Notes: generated by a model from the letters alone, not told the origin. DNA of 61,516 nt, filler included, from Actinomycetota bacterium (GCA_009886115.1; 5 parts of 5 records of this genome joined end to end with filler, not necessarily neighbours in it); one strand, 5' to 3'; numbered from the whole stretch's first letter, positions 30,008-41,194 are shown. Numbers and translations: made by a program.

Positions 30008-31570
30008 TCACGGCGCGTCGTGGACGAGCTGGCCTGCGATCCAGGTCTGAGCGACCCGGGGCTCGGGTCCGCCGCGGTCGAGCACCACGAAGTCGGCGCG
30101 GAGGCCGGGCGCGAGTCGGCCGCGTTCGTGTTCCTGGCCTCCGGCGAACGCGGCGCCCAACGTGTACGCCCGGAGCCAGTCGTCGAGGTCGACGCGCTGA
30201 TCGGGCTCGAACGAGATCCCCGACGACGTGGCACGGCTCTCGCCCAACCGGGCGCACCACAGGGGCGGGTACGGGGCGCACGGATCGTCGCTCGAACCGG
30301 CGATGACCACACCCGCGTCGGCCAGACCGGAGAAGGCGAGCCAGTGCGCGTCGTCGAACACCACGCCACCACTCTGGATGCCGACGTGCTCCACGAAACC
30401 GGGTTGCACCACGGCAACTGCGTCCAGATCGGCCAGGGCCCGCCACGAGGCCGGGGTCGTGACGCCAGCGTGCTCGAGGCGAAACCGATGGTCGCCATCG
30501 CCGAGCGCCTGTCGAACTCGGGTGAATGCGGTGGTGGCGTGGTCGACACCGAGGTTGCCCATGGCGTGCACCGCGATCCGGAAGCCGGCTCTCGCGGCTC
30601 GGAGGGCGGCGCCGCCGAGATCGTCCATCACCGATCCGTAGCGCATTCGGCGCCCACCGACGTGGACGTCGAGTGCGATGGCGATACCGCCGTCAGCGAA
30701 CAGCTTGACCGGCCCGACGCGGACGCGATGATCGCCGTCGCCCGTCGTCGCCCCGTCGAGCCGCCCGCCGAGATCGTTGGTCAGCAGTCGGGCGCTGTGG
30801 GGCATGACGAGAACCGAGACGGGAAGATCGCCGGTACGAGCGAGCCGATGGTAAACGGCTTCCGCCTGCGGGGAGCAGGCCGCGTCGTGGACCGCGACGA
30901 CACCGTCGCGCAGCAACAGACGCGCTCGCGTCGCGACGTGATCGGCCCAACGGTCGGGATCGGCGTAGGCGGCCATCGATTGCGCGTGCGCGTCGCTCCA
31001 GGCCCGCTCGACGAGCAGCCCGTTGGGTGTCCCGTCCGGGTCGTGGGCGATCTCACCGCCTTGCGGGTCGGGCGTGCTGCGACCGATGCCGAGGCGGTCG
31101 AGCGCGGCCGAGCTCACGACGCACTGGTGGAGCGAGGAGTGCGCGAGCACGATCGGGCGGTCGATCTCCGCTGCGTCGAGGTCGGCTCGAAGCGGTGCGT
31201 AGCCAGGTCCGTTCTGGCCCCAGCCCCAGAGGCGGACCCAGTCGGCCTCGGGCTCGGCCGCGGCCTGTGCCCGTACCGCTGCTACCAGCGCATCGCGGTC
31301 GGCGACGGCTGTCGCTTCACCGAAGCGAGGATGGAGCGCGGCGATCGAGAGGTGGTTGTGCGCGTCGATGAAGCCGGGCAGGAGCGTGCGACCGGCAAGG
31401 TCGACCGTCGGGGTATCGGGGTAGCGCTCCAGCAGAGCCCGAGCACCGACCGCGACGATCGTCTCGCCCTGCACGACGACCACCTCGGGGCCAGGCGTGC
31501 TCGCATCCATCGTGCTGATGGGTCCGCCGCTGAACACGACGCCCTGCCGGAGTTGCGGTGTGGCGCTCAC
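30008..31570 (-). CDS. Amidohydrolase (YtcJ-like, Amidohydro_3)
   Basis: LPGFIDAHNH, KLFADG, VHAMG, RLEH, GSSD, GRLAPGLRADFVVL. Confidence 0.9.
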   Translation of the reverse strand: MSATPQLRQGVVFSGGPISTMDASTPGPEVVVVQGETIVAVGARALLERYPDTPTVDLAGRTLLPGFIDAHNHLSIAALHPRFGEATAVADRDALVAAVRAQAAAEPEADWVRLWGWGQNGPGYAPLRADLDAAEIDRPIVLAHSSLHQCVVSSAALDRLGIGRSTPDPQGGEIAHDPDGTPNGLLVERAWSDAHAQSMAAYADPDRWADHVATRARLLLRDGVVAVHDAACSPQAEAVYHRLARTGDLPVSVLVMPHSARLLTNDLGGRLDGATTGDGDHRVRVGPVKLFADGGIAIALDVHVGGRRMRYGSVMDDLGGAALRAARAGFRIAVHAMGNLGVDHATTAFTRVRQALGDGDHRFRLEHAGVTTPASWRALADLDAVAVVQPGFVEHVGIQSGGVVFDDAHWLAFSGLADAGVVIAGSSDDPCAPYPPLWCARLGESRATSSGISFEPDQRVDLDDWLRAYTLGAAFAGGQEHERGRLAPGLRADFVVLDRGGPEPRVAQTWIAGQLVHDAP

Positions 31571-31741
31571 CGTCGAGTCATGGCGACCGCGGTGGCGCCA
31601 TCGCGTGCCTGCCAGTCCATGAGCACCCACGGGGAGCCCGAGCCGAAGATCCGAAGCACGTGCAACCTCCTGCATCGATCCGCCGCGTCGTCTCGGACGG
31701 CGGGTGACGCACGCAGCGAGTGAAGCGACATCGCGCCGTCG

Positions 31742-32398
31742 TCAGCGACCGCGGAGCATCTTGTAGACCGGAGCCATCTTCTTCCGTGTCGCCTCGGGGA
31801 GAGGGACGAGCGGACCGAGCGCCCGTGCGCCCCACACGATCTCCGCCGTGATCTCGATGAGGTTGGCGATCTTGAGCGCGTCTCTGGGCGATGCGCCCAC
31901 GGTCAACAGCCCGTGGTTGGCCATGAGGACCGCGGCACGGTCGCCGACCCACGTCGAGACCTCGTCGGCGAGTTGCTGGGAGCCGGTGAACTCGTAGCCA
32001 GCGACCGGGACGTCACCACCGACGAACGCGTCGACCTCTTCGATCACGCACGGGATCGGTTGGTGCGTGATCGCGAACATGGTGCAGTACTTGGCGTGGC
32101 AGTGGATCACGGCATGGATGTCGTCGTAGGCGCGGAGGCACGCGAGGTGCAGCGCCTTCTCCGACGTGGGCTGTCGCTTACCCTCGACGATGGTGCCGTC
32201 GAGGTCGGTGACGACCAGGTCGTCGATCGTCATCGTCTCGTAGTCGAGCGACGACGGCGTCAGCGCCACGTTGCCGTCGGGCAACCGGGCCGAGAAGTTC
32301 CCGGCCGTTCCGTGCACCAGACCGGTACGGAGGCTCTCCTTCGCCACCCACAGCAGATCGGCCTTGATCTCGTCAGTCGTTCCGTGCAACCTACCCAC
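31742..32398 (-). CDS. Class II aldolase/adducin family (fuculose-phosphate aldolase-like)
   Basis: GTAGNFS, LTPSS, PTSEKALH, HCH, LMANHG. Confidence 0.88.
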   Translation of the reverse strand: MGRLHGTTDEIKADLLWVAKESLRTGLVHGTAGNFSARLPDGNVALTPSSLDYETMTIDDLVVTDLDGTIVEGKRQPTSEKALHLACLRAYDDIHAVIHCHAKYCTMFAITHQPIPCVIEEVDAFVGGDVPVAGYEFTGSQQLADEVSTWVGDRAAVLMANHGLLTVGASPRDALKIANLIEITAEIVWGARALGPLVPLPEATRKKMAPVYKMLRGR

Positions 32399-32521
32399 AA
32401 CCCGACCCCTCTCGTGCTCGGACAGTCCCCGGGTCCGCGACCGACGACACCGTGAAGGTCGACGATTTCCGCGAGCTCCGACTCCTGCGGACCGGCCGGA
32501 CACTAGAACCTGACATCGGCG

Positions 32522-32860
32522 TCAGCAATCGGGGCCGAGACGGTCACAGATCGCGTCGACAGCGCGATCGACGGCCCACCGGGCGGCGCCGGTCTCGGTG
32601 CCCGGTCGCAGTCGCTCACCGGTCGGATCGCCGGTGTCGAGCGGCAGCTCGAGCTGCAACGCGTGCTCGTTGACGAGGTGCGACACCGAGATCGCCAGCA
32701 GCGTGATCTCGACCTGGTCGAGGCGATCGCGCAGCGCGGTACGGACGAGGTGCTCGGCGTGCCCTGCGACCACCCGGGTGGCCGACACCGGTGCGGACAC
32801 CGTCACCGAACGGGTCACCGAGCGCATCCCGACGAAGCGCACGCGCACCGTCGGGTGCCC
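32522..32860 (-). pseudogene. C-terminal (little finger) fragment of DNA polymerase IV / DinB
   Basis: VRVRFVGMRSVTRSVT...ITLLAISVSHL...QLELPL...VDRAVDAICDRLG; catalytic domain absent. Confidence 0.7.
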
Positions 32861-33219
32861 ATCGCCAGACGTCGGGTCCGTCGGTGCCGCCCCCCGGGAA
32901 CGCCCCGACGAATGCGATCGCCGGCGGGGGTGGCGATGAGCCCACTCGGGAATCGCCTGACAGGCTGGCCGTCAGCACGGGCACGGGCACGGGCACGGGT
33001 GACCACGAGCGCGCCGAGCAGCGAGTCGCGCTCGGCGCGGTCGAAGTCGTCGAAGAGCCGAGCGGTGACGGTCATCACCCTCGACAACACATGAGCGGGC
33101 GCATCGGTTCTCCGGTCGTCGCTGCCCTTTCGCCGACCTCCTGTCGGCTTTCACACCGGCGACCCCGGCGACCCGGGTCAGGGTCAGGGCCCGGCCCCGG
33201 CTCCCGTGAGTGGCGGGGG

Positions 33220-33420
33220 ACGGCTGGTGAGGGTGCGGCCGGTCGGGAGCGTGATCTCGACCGTGGCATCGGGGAGGATGCTTCATCTCGCAGCCCCTCT
33301 GGTGGATCAGCGTGTGGTGACGTTCGCACAGCAGGGCGAGGTTGGTGGGGTCGGTGGCGCCGCCGTGTTGCCAGTGCACGACGTGGTGGGCGTCGCAACG
33401 GGGGCTGGGGATGGCACATG
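33220..33420 (-). pseudogene. HNH endonuclease (DUF222/REP13E12-like) C-terminal remnant
   Basis: CAIPSPRCDAHHVVHWQHGGATDPTNLALLCERHHTLIH. Confidence 0.75.
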
Positions 33421-33502
33421 CTGAGCGCGTCGGGTCGTGTCACAGGGCCGGTTCTGCACAAGGTGTTCCGCCGCGCTCCAAGCGTGCGTGTACGTTCGGG
33501 CT

Positions 33503-34591
33503 GTGGAGTTCGGGATCTTCTTCGAGCTGTCGACCCCGTGGTGGCCCGGTGCCGCGGGGATCGAGCGTCTGGTCTATGACAACGCCCTCGAACAGGCCCG
33601 CCTGGCCGACGAGCTCGGCTTCGACGTCGTGTGGGCGGTCGAGCACCACTTCCTCGAGGAGTACTCGCACAGCTCGGCCCCCGAGTTGTTCCTCACGGCG
33701 ATCGCCGCGACAACGACCCGCGTGCGCGTGGGCCATGGCGCCGTCATCTGCGTGCCGGGCATCAATCATCCGGTGCGTGTGGCCGAACGCGCCGCAGTGC
33801 TCGACGTCATCTCCGGTGGCCGGCTGGAGTTCGGCACGGCCCGCTCGTCGACCTGGACCGAGCTCGGCGGGTTTGGTATCGATCCCGATTCCACCAAGAA
33901 GACCTGGGACGAGTTCGTTCGGGTGCTGCCGGGCATGTGGGCTGACGGTCCGTTCGAGTTCGACGGCATCGGGTTCTCGATGCCTGAGCGCAATGTGATT
34001 CCCAAACCCCTGCAGAAGCCGCACCCGCCCATGTGGGTCACGGTCACGAGCCCAGGGACCGAGCTCGACGCCGCCGACAGGGGGCTGGGTTGTCTGGGGG
34101 TGGCCTCGGCCGGTTTCGCCGAGCAGGAGCGTCGGACCCTCGAGTATCACCGGCGGATCCAGCTGTGCGATCCCGTCGGCGCGGTCAACGAGAAGGTGGC
34201 GACGCTCAACTACCTGCATTGCCATGAGGATCGGGCGATCGGCGCCACGAAGGGCTTGGAGATCCTCGGCCTGTTCCGCACGGTGAACGCGCATCTTCTC
34301 TCCACCCGCGAGGCCTACCCCACCCGGGCGTATCAAGGGAACGGCTTGGCGCATCTGGTCCCGACGAGGATCGACCCGGGCGACCCTGGTTCGGGGCCGC
34401 CCGTCCCCGAGGGTGCAGCCGTCGGCGATCCCGCCTCGATCATCCGAGCTGTCAAGCACTGGGAGTCGGTCGGGGTCGACCAGATCAACTTCCTCGTCAA
34501 CGCCAACGAGGTGCTGCCCCAAGCCGAGGTCCTGGCCAGCTTGCGGATGTTTGCCCGCGAGGTCATGCCCGCCTTCGGCAAGGGTGCCTGA
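33503..34591 (+). CDS. LLM-class flavin-dependent oxidoreductase
   Basis: ADELGFDVVWAVEHHF, HPVRVAER, LDVISGGRLEFG, PKPLQKPHPP. Confidence 0.9.
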   Translation: MEFGIFFELSTPWWPGAAGIERLVYDNALEQARLADELGFDVVWAVEHHFLEEYSHSSAPELFLTAIAATTTRVRVGHGAVICVPGINHPVRVAERAAVLDVISGGRLEFGTARSSTWTELGGFGIDPDSTKKTWDEFVRVLPGMWADGPFEFDGIGFSMPERNVIPKPLQKPHPPMWVTVTSPGTELDAADRGLGCLGVASAGFAEQERRTLEYHRRIQLCDPVGAVNEKVATLNYLHCHEDRAIGATKGLEILGLFRTVNAHLLSTREAYPTRAYQGNGLAHLVPTRIDPGDPGSGPPVPEGAAVGDPASIIRAVKHWESVGVDQINFLVNANEVLPQAEVLASLRMFAREVMPAFGKGA

Positions 34592-34592
34592 G

Positions 34593-35348
34593 ATGCCGCT
34601 CACCGGGACTGCCGACGTCGACGCGTTGGCCCAGGGACGACCCACGATGCCGACGCTGCACACACCGCCGTTGGCACTGCCGGGCGCCGAGGTGGTGCAG
34701 GTCCTCTATGAGATGCGGCGCGCCGGCCGCGAGACGCTGGTCCCGCCCGCCCTGCACCCGACCAACCCCGCGACCTTGTGGGTGTTGGCCTGGCACCTCC
34801 CCGAGTCGCCCTACGGCCCCTTCGACGCTGTGCACCTCCGGGTGGGCTGCCGCAGCGGCGCCCGCACCCGAGGCTTCGTCACAGTCACCGCATTGAGCGG
34901 CTCGCCCGAAGCAGCCCGGCATCTCGCCGACGACTGGGGCTTCCCGGTCCGCCCCGCCGAAGTCGCCTTCGGCCGTCGCTACGACCGCGTCACGCTCGAC
35001 GTCGTCGCCGACGGCCGCCCGGTTCTGGCGTTCGAAGGCGTCGACCCCGACCCGCTCGGAGCGCAGGACCTCGAGTACACCGCTTCGCTCAACCTGGCCC
35101 ACACCGAACGAGGCGTGCGCATCGTGCAGGTGGAGGCCCGCTACGAGATCCACCGAGCCGAGCGGCTCCGGCCGCGCAACCTCACGCTCGACGGCGCATG
35201 GTGGGGGAACGACCTCCTGCGCCCGGCCTTCCCGATCACGGCCTCGGTCGCCCACGCCGACATGAAGATCCCCGCGCTGCGGTTCGTGTGCCGCCCCGAC
35301 GTGCCCGCCCACGAAGGCTCCGAGCCCCTCTCGACACCGCGCTCGTGA
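34593..35348 (+). CDS. Acetoacetate decarboxylase-like family protein
   Basis: LVPPALHP, ESPYGPF and WGFP motifs; starts 1 nt after the LLM stop codon. Confidence 0.65.
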   Translation: MPLTGTADVDALAQGRPTMPTLHTPPLALPGAEVVQVLYEMRRAGRETLVPPALHPTNPATLWVLAWHLPESPYGPFDAVHLRVGCRSGARTRGFVTVTALSGSPEAARHLADDWGFPVRPAEVAFGRRYDRVTLDVVADGRPVLAFEGVDPDPLGAQDLEYTASLNLAHTERGVRIVQVEARYEIHRAERLRPRNLTLDGAWWGNDLLRPAFPITASVAHADMKIPALRFVCRPDVPAHEGSEPLSTPRS

Positions 35349-35406
35349 ACCCGCCGACGATGGCGTGGCACGACCGCAACCGCCTCGAGCACATCCCGGC
35401 AGCCGA

Positions 35407-36119
35407 TCATCGATAGTGGCTCGCCCGCAGCGAGTAGAGCTCGGCGTAGAGCCCACCGGCAGCCGACAACTCCTCGTGGGTTCCAAGCTCGGCGATGCCT
35501 CCGACTGCGTCATCAGCAGGCGGTGCATCTCCATGTACCCGAGCGCCGTGGTCGCGGCCATCAGGACGGCGAGGGGCCACGAGACCGATGCCAGCAACAC
35601 CAGATACGCCAACGGCTCGACGCGCGCTGCGACGACGATGCCGAGCGCGGGGACAGCCAGCCCCGGCGTCATTCCGAGCGGTGACAGGTTCCGTGCGGCC
35701 TCGAACGCATTCAGCATCTGGGGATCCTCGAGGTGCCACACCGACGCCGGGGTCATCGCAGCCTCCATCGTCCGGTCCCGCAGCTCGGCGTCGAGGAGGC
35801 GCGCCATGCCACTGGCGAGATACCCGCCCAGGTACGTCACCGTGGAGCGAACGAGGAACAACGTACCGAGCACCACCATGGCCCGTGTGATCGTGTCCCC
35901 GGCGGAGCTGTCGATCCCGGCTCGGGCGACGCCCTCGATGTTGCCGACGACATGGCTCCCCGCCAGCAATACCGCAGCAGGCAACGCCCCGAGCGTCAAC
36001 GCCGTCGCAAGCATCGTGATGGTCCGGGCCCGGTTCAGCCGCCACAGGACACCGACGACCGCGGTCGCGCCCGTCACGACCTTGCGCATCTCGCCGAGGC
36101 CGACCTCGCTGCGCGACAT
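35407..36119 (-). pseudogene. ABC exporter with a large internal deletion
   Basis: N-terminal TM helices are joined out of frame to the extreme C-terminus GIAELGTHEEL..AGGLYAELY; Walker motifs are missing. Confidence 0.8.
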
Positions 36120-36314
36120 CGGACGAGACTACGGGGAGGGCCCGACGCCGGCGCTCGGGGTTTCACGGAGCGATGCACGCGACGAGCGATCGCCTGCGGC
36201 TTCCGGTCGCCGTCCGATGCATCCGCACCCACACGAACTCGCCCCGACACCGGCGTCGGCGGCACGGCTGGTCGCCAGATGGGAAGGGCCGGGTCGGAGG
36301 CGCACCGAGGTTCC

Positions 36315-36343
36315 TTGACAGGCGCTGGAACTCCGGCCACGAT
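36315..36343 (+). promoter_or_regulatory. Putative sigma-A promoter of the coxL-like gene
   Basis: TTGACA-17 nt-CACGAT; palindrome GGTGCA-N5-TGCACC at 36350-36366. Confidence 0.5.
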
Positions 36344-36444
36344 CGCCAGGGTGCAACGTGTGCACCGCGTGGGTCGTGTGCGGCACAATCGAGCCGCGGG
36401 CGACCGGGCACCATCGATGACGTTCGATCACGGGAGATCTCGAC

Positions 36445-38748
36445 ATGGCTGGATCCGGTTCGATCCTGGGCAACGCGGTGCTGCGCCTGGAGGATCCGAC
36501 GCTGCTCACCGGCGAGGGTCGGTACGTCGACGACCTCGTCGAGCCCGGCATGCTCCACGTGAGCTATGTCCGCTCCACGGTGGCGCACGGGACCGTCGTC
36601 TCGGTCGACGTCGGCGAAGCCGCGTCGATGCCCGGGGTGCTCGGCGTGTACCACGCCGCCGGCGACGACCTCGGGCTGCCGTCGTTCCAGGGCTTCGCGA
36701 TGATGCCGCCCACGCTCAACCGTCCGATCTTCGCAGGTACGACCGTGCGGTTCGTCGGCGACATCGTGGCGGCCGTGGTCGCCGAGACCAAGGCCCAGGC
36801 GAACGACGCCGCCGAGGCCGTGGTCGTCGAGTACGAGCCGCTCCCCGTGGTCACCACGCCCATGGCCGCCATGGCCGACGGCGCTCCACTGCTGTTCCCC
36901 GAGCACGGTTCGAACGTGTGCTTCGGCACCGAGTTCGGCCAGGACACCGACCCGCTCGCCGGCTCCGACTCCATCGCCGAGGTCACCATGGTGAGCCAAC
37001 GCCTCGCCGGCGTGCCCATGGAGAACAACGGCATCCTCGCCGTGCCGGCCGATGGCGGGCTCACACTCTGGGTGTCGCACCAGGCACCCCATTCCATCCA
37101 CGGCAGCTATGCCCCGATGCTGGGGCTCGACCCCGACAAGCTCCGAGTCGTGTGCCCGTGGGTGGGTGGCGGGTTCGGGCCCAAGGCTGCCGGCTATGTC
37201 GAGCACGTCGTCGCGGCCAAGATCGCGCTCACCTTGAACCGTCCGGTGAAGTGGGCCGAGTCGCGCTCGGAAGACATGGTGTCGCTGGTGCACGGCCGCG
37301 ACTTCGTCATGACGGCCAAGCTCGGTGTCACCAAGGCCGGCAAGATCGTGGGCCTCGACGGCAACGTGATCGCGTCAGCCGGTGCCTACCCCGCGATCGG
37401 GGCGATCCTGCCGATGCTCACCCAGATGATGTCGGTCGGGGTGTACGACATACCGGCAGTGCGATTCAAGACCGCGGCCGCCATGACCAACACCACCACG
37501 GTCGGGGCCTACCGTGGCGCCGGACGGCCTGAAGCCACACAGCTCATCGAACGCGTGCTCGACATCGCCGCCGACCAGATCGGCATGGACCCGGCCGAGA
37601 TCCGGAGGGTCAACTTCCTCGATCCGACGTCGTTCCCGCTCACCACCCCGACCGGCGCCAACTACGACTCCGGCGAATACGCGAAGTCGCTCGACGCGGC
37701 GCTCGCGGCGTCCGGGTACGCCGAGCTCCGAGCCGAGCAGGCACGACGCCGGGCCGTTGGCGACACGATGCAGCTCGGCATCGGCGTGTCGGCCTACGTC
37801 GAGGTGACGGCCCCGGTCGGTCTCCACGTCGAGTTCGGGGCCGTCGAGATCCACGACGACGGCTCGGCCAGCGTGTTCGCCGGGACGAGCGTTCACGGCC
37901 AGGGCCACCACACGGCGTTTGCCATGTTGGCCAGCGATGTGCTCGGCATCCCCATGGCGAAGATCACGCTCGTCAACTCCGACACGGCAACGGTCCCCCG
38001 TGGTTCCGGCACGCTCGGATCGCGTTCGCTCCAGACCGCCGGCAGCGCGATCCACCTGGCGTCGAAGGAAGTGCTCGATCGGGCCAAGACCATCGCCGCT
38101 CACCTGCTCGAGGCCACCGCCGACGACATCGTGATCGGCGGCGGCGGCGTCCACGTCGCCGGTGTGCCGGCCCGGGTCATCTCGTGGGCCGATCTCGCCG
38201 TGGCATCGAAGGACGCGTCGAGGCTCCCGTCCGGCGTCGAGGCCGGCGTCCTGCGCCACGAGCTCGACTTCGACGGCACCGGCTCCACGTTCCCGTTCGG
38301 GGCCCACGTGTCGGTCGTCGAGGTCGACACCGAGACCGGTCGGGTGCAGATGCTGCGTCACGTGGCCGTCGACGACTGTGGACGGATCCTCAACCCGATG
38401 CTCGTCGCCGGACAACAGCACGGCGGTATCGCCCAAGGCGCCGCTCAGGCCCTGTTCGAATGGGTCCAGTACGACGCCGAGGGCAACCCCATCACGGCGA
38501 ACCTGATGGACTACGCGATCCCGTCGGCCGCGGAGCTGTGCAGCTTCGAGACATCGAACACGCAGACCGACAGCCCCCGAAACCCTTTGGGGGCCAAGGG
38601 AATCGGCGAGTCGGGCACCATCGGATCGACCCCGGCCATCCAGAACGCCGTCATCGACGCGGTGTCGCATCTCGGGGTGACCCACATCGAGATGCCCTGT
38701 TCCGCCGAACGTGTCTGGTCGGCCATCGCCACCGCCCGGAACGCCTGA
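36445..38748 (+). CDS. Xanthine dehydrogenase family molybdopterin-binding subunit (form II CoxL-like)
   Basis: VGGGFG, AYRGAGR, HGQGH, GGIAQG, AKGIGESG. Confidence 0.92.
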   Translation: MAGSGSILGNAVLRLEDPTLLTGEGRYVDDLVEPGMLHVSYVRSTVAHGTVVSVDVGEAASMPGVLGVYHAAGDDLGLPSFQGFAMMPPTLNRPIFAGTTVRFVGDIVAAVVAETKAQANDAAEAVVVEYEPLPVVTTPMAAMADGAPLLFPEHGSNVCFGTEFGQDTDPLAGSDSIAEVTMVSQRLAGVPMENNGILAVPADGGLTLWVSHQAPHSIHGSYAPMLGLDPDKLRVVCPWVGGGFGPKAAGYVEHVVAAKIALTLNRPVKWAESRSEDMVSLVHGRDFVMTAKLGVTKAGKIVGLDGNVIASAGAYPAIGAILPMLTQMMSVGVYDIPAVRFKTAAAMTNTTTVGAYRGAGRPEATQLIERVLDIAADQIGMDPAEIRRVNFLDPTSFPLTTPTGANYDSGEYAKSLDAALAASGYAELRAEQARRRAVGDTMQLGIGVSAYVEVTAPVGLHVEFGAVEIHDDGSASVFAGTSVHGQGHHTAFAMLASDVLGIPMAKITLVNSDTATVPRGSGTLGSRSLQTAGSAIHLASKEVLDRAKTIAAHLLEATADDIVIGGGGVHVAGVPARVISWADLAVASKDASRLPSGVEAGVLRHELDFDGTGSTFPFGAHVSVVEVDTETGRVQMLRHVAVDDCGRILNPMLVAGQQHGGIAQGAAQALFEWVQYDAEGNPITANLMDYAIPSAAELCSFETSNTQTDSPRNPLGAKGIGESGTIGSTPAIQNAVIDAVSHLGVTHIEMPCSAERVWSAIATARNA

Positions 38749-38823
38749 GCGCCGCTCGGCTCGTCTCGGCGCGGCTCGGTGCTCCATCGACTCAGCCGGG
38801 GTGCCTCGCTGTAACGTCGTTCC

Positions 38824-39951
38824 ATGCTGACCGACGACGTCCAGATCGTGTCCGTCGATGACCACCTGATCGAGCACGGCACGGTGTGGAGCGACCGTCT
38901 CCCCGCGAAGCTCGTCGAGCGAGGTCCCCGCAACATCCGCAACGACGAGGGCCACGACGTGTGGCACTACGACGGCCAGACGAGCGTCAACATCGGGCTC
39001 AATGCCGTGGCCGGAAAAGACTACAAGGACTTCGGGATCGACCCGGTCAGCTACGACGACATGCTCCCGGGCTGTTACGACATCACGGCCCGGGTGCGCG
39101 ACATGGACACCGACGGGATCCACGCGCAGCTGTGCTTCCCGAGCTTCCCTGGTTTCGCCGGGAGCACGTTCTTCGCCGCCGCCGACAAGGGCCTCGCCGC
39201 GCTGTGCGTCTCGGCCTGGAACGACTTCGTGCTCGACGAGTGGTGTGCCGGAGCGCCCGACCGCCAGATCCCGTTGGCGCTCGTGCCGTACTGGGATGTC
39301 GACGCCACCGTGGCCGAGATCGAACGGGTCGCGGCGCGAGGGTCGAAAGCCATCTCGTTCACCGAGGCCCCCCACAATCAAGGCCTGCCCTCGATGCACA
39401 CCGACCACTGGGATCGGGTCTTCGCCGCCGCGCAGGCTGCCGACATGCCGCTGTGCCTGCACTTCGGCAGTGGCGGCGCACCGTCGGTCGCGCCGGGTGG
39501 CCCCTTTACCGCGGCAATCTCTCTCTACGGCCTGAACTCGGTTCAGACGACCGTCGAGCTGCTCAACTCCCGCATCTTCGAGCGCTTCCCGAGGCTGCGG
39601 GTCGCCATGTCGGAGGGCGGGATCGGTTGGATGCCCTGGGTGCTCGAACGGTGCGACTACGTGTGGGAACGCCACCGGTGGTACACGGGTATGGAGAGCG
39701 CCCGTCGCCCGTCCGAGATCTTTTCCGAGCACATCTTCGGGTGCTTCATCTACGACGATGCCGGCTTGGCCAACCTCGACCGCATCGGCATCGACAACGT
39801 GATGTTCGAGGGCGACTATCCGCATTCCGACAGTAACTGGCCCAACGCCCGCAAGCTGCTCAGCGAGTCGTTGGCGACCGTGCCCGACGACCACGCCCGG
39901 AAGATCGCTGAAACCAACGCCCGACGGGTCTTCAACTTCCCCCGTTCGTGA
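38824..39951 (+). CDS. Amidohydrolase family (Amidohydro_2)
   Basis: SVDDHLIE, WND, LCLH, SEGGIGW, FEGDYPHSD. Confidence 0.9.
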   Translation: MLTDDVQIVSVDDHLIEHGTVWSDRLPAKLVERGPRNIRNDEGHDVWHYDGQTSVNIGLNAVAGKDYKDFGIDPVSYDDMLPGCYDITARVRDMDTDGIHAQLCFPSFPGFAGSTFFAAADKGLAALCVSAWNDFVLDEWCAGAPDRQIPLALVPYWDVDATVAEIERVAARGSKAISFTEAPHNQGLPSMHTDHWDRVFAAAQAADMPLCLHFGSGGAPSVAPGGPFTAAISLYGLNSVQTTVELLNSRIFERFPRLRVAMSEGGIGWMPWVLERCDYVWERHRWYTGMESARRPSEIFSEHIFGCFIYDDAGLANLDRIGIDNVMFEGDYPHSDSNWPNARKLLSESLATVPDDHARKIAETNARRVFNFPRS

Positions 39952-40033
39952 CGCTGGAATCCCCACTGCGCGCGCCAGGCTCGGTCTCCGACGGCGTCGT
40001 GTCGGCGGTCGGCGTGAGCGCCGCGCGGCCCGA

Positions 40034-41194
40034 TCAGGTCATGGGACGCTCGAGCGGGATGCCGTAGCGCTCGACGTAACCGGCGAATCGCTCGGCGATG
40101 GACCCGGCATCGAGGCCGAGCGTCGCCAGGTCGTAGGCGTGCGAACCGAAGCGCCCCTTGGGATGCGACTCGACGTGCGCCGTCATCGACCCGAGTGCCT
40201 GCGCGTCGAGCTCGTCGCCGAACGCCTCGTAGACCCCCCGGACCGTTGCCAGCGGATCGAGCACCAGGTCGCTGTAGAGCACGTCGTGGATCACGGTCTG
40301 CGGGTGCCGGGCTCGGAAGTCGTCGACCCCCGCAATGGAGTCCTCCAGCATCGCGGTCCAGTGCCGGGCGATGTACTCGCCGTGATCGGCATCGCTGAAC
40401 GTCGAGGTGAGGGTCGTGATGAGGCTGCACACCGAAGCGCTCAACACCACGGGATCACGGTGCAGCACCACGATGCGAGCGTCGGGGTAGACGGCGGTGA
40501 GCGCGTCGAGGTGCATGGCGTGGTGGGGGCTCTTGAGCGACCAGCGCCCGCGCACCCCGCCGCTCTGGAGTGTCTGCAGCACGAGGCGGTGATAGTCGTA
40601 GGCCGAGCGATGATCGGCCGACCGGAGCCACCGGCCGTAGCTCTCGACGTTGGTGAGCGCCTCCCACATCAGGCTCTTGAAGTCCTGGTTGAGCACCGAG
40701 ATGCACTCGGTGGGGCCGTCGGGCTCCTCGTTGTTGACTACCTTGATGCGCGGATTGATCGCATCGAGCGCGGCCGAGGCCGCTCGCAGCGGCTCGACCC
40801 TCGGATCGTTGCGGTGATCGCCCCGTGACGGGGGCACGCTGTCGCTGGCCTCCCAGCGCAGCAGCGGACGCGACCGATCGTCCTTCTCGAGCAGGTAGCT
40901 GAGGAAGGTCGTCCCGGCCCGGAAGATCCCCACGATCACCCACGGAGCCTCGATCGCCTCCGACCGCACCTCGGGATGGTCCTTCACCCAGGCGACGACC
41001 CGCAGGCGGTTCGCCAGCGCCGCGACGATGCTGGCCGGGACGGCCGCCTCCCCGATGCCGTTCAGCCGAGCCTCTCCGGCGACCGATTCGCAATAGACGT
41101 CGAGCCCCTCACGGTGGCTGTCGCTCCCGAAGTCGTCGGAGCCGGTCTGCTCGATCGCCGCGGCGACGAGGTCGTTTGGGTCCAAGCGCGTCAT
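40034..41194 (-). CDS. Sulfotransferase (Sulfotransfer_3-like)
   Basis: GIFRAGTT (PAPS-binding), LKSP, HRDP...SVCSL. Confidence 0.88.
   Translation of the reverse strand: MTRLDPNDLVAAAIEQTGSDDFGSDSHREGLDVYCESVAGEARLNGIGEAAVPASIVAALANRLRVVAWVKDHPEVRSEAIEAPWVIVGIFRAGTTFLSYLLEKDDRSRPLLRWEASDSVPPSRGDHRNDPRVEPLRAASAALDAINPRIKVVNNEEPDGPTECISVLNQDFKSLMWEALTNVESYGRWLRSADHRSAYDYHRLVLQTLQSGGVRGRWSLKSPHHAMHLDALTAVYPDARIVVLHRDPVVLSASVCSLITTLTSTFSDADHGEYIARHWTAMLEDSIAGVDDFRARHPQTVIHDVLYSDLVLDPLATVRGVYEAFGDELDAQALGSMTAHVESHPKGRFGSHAYDLATLGLDAGSIAERFAGYVERYGIPLERPMT

Noticed and set aside
32974..32999. (GCACGG)x4 hexamer repeat
   Set aside because: A short GC microsatellite in a decayed region with no functional context.
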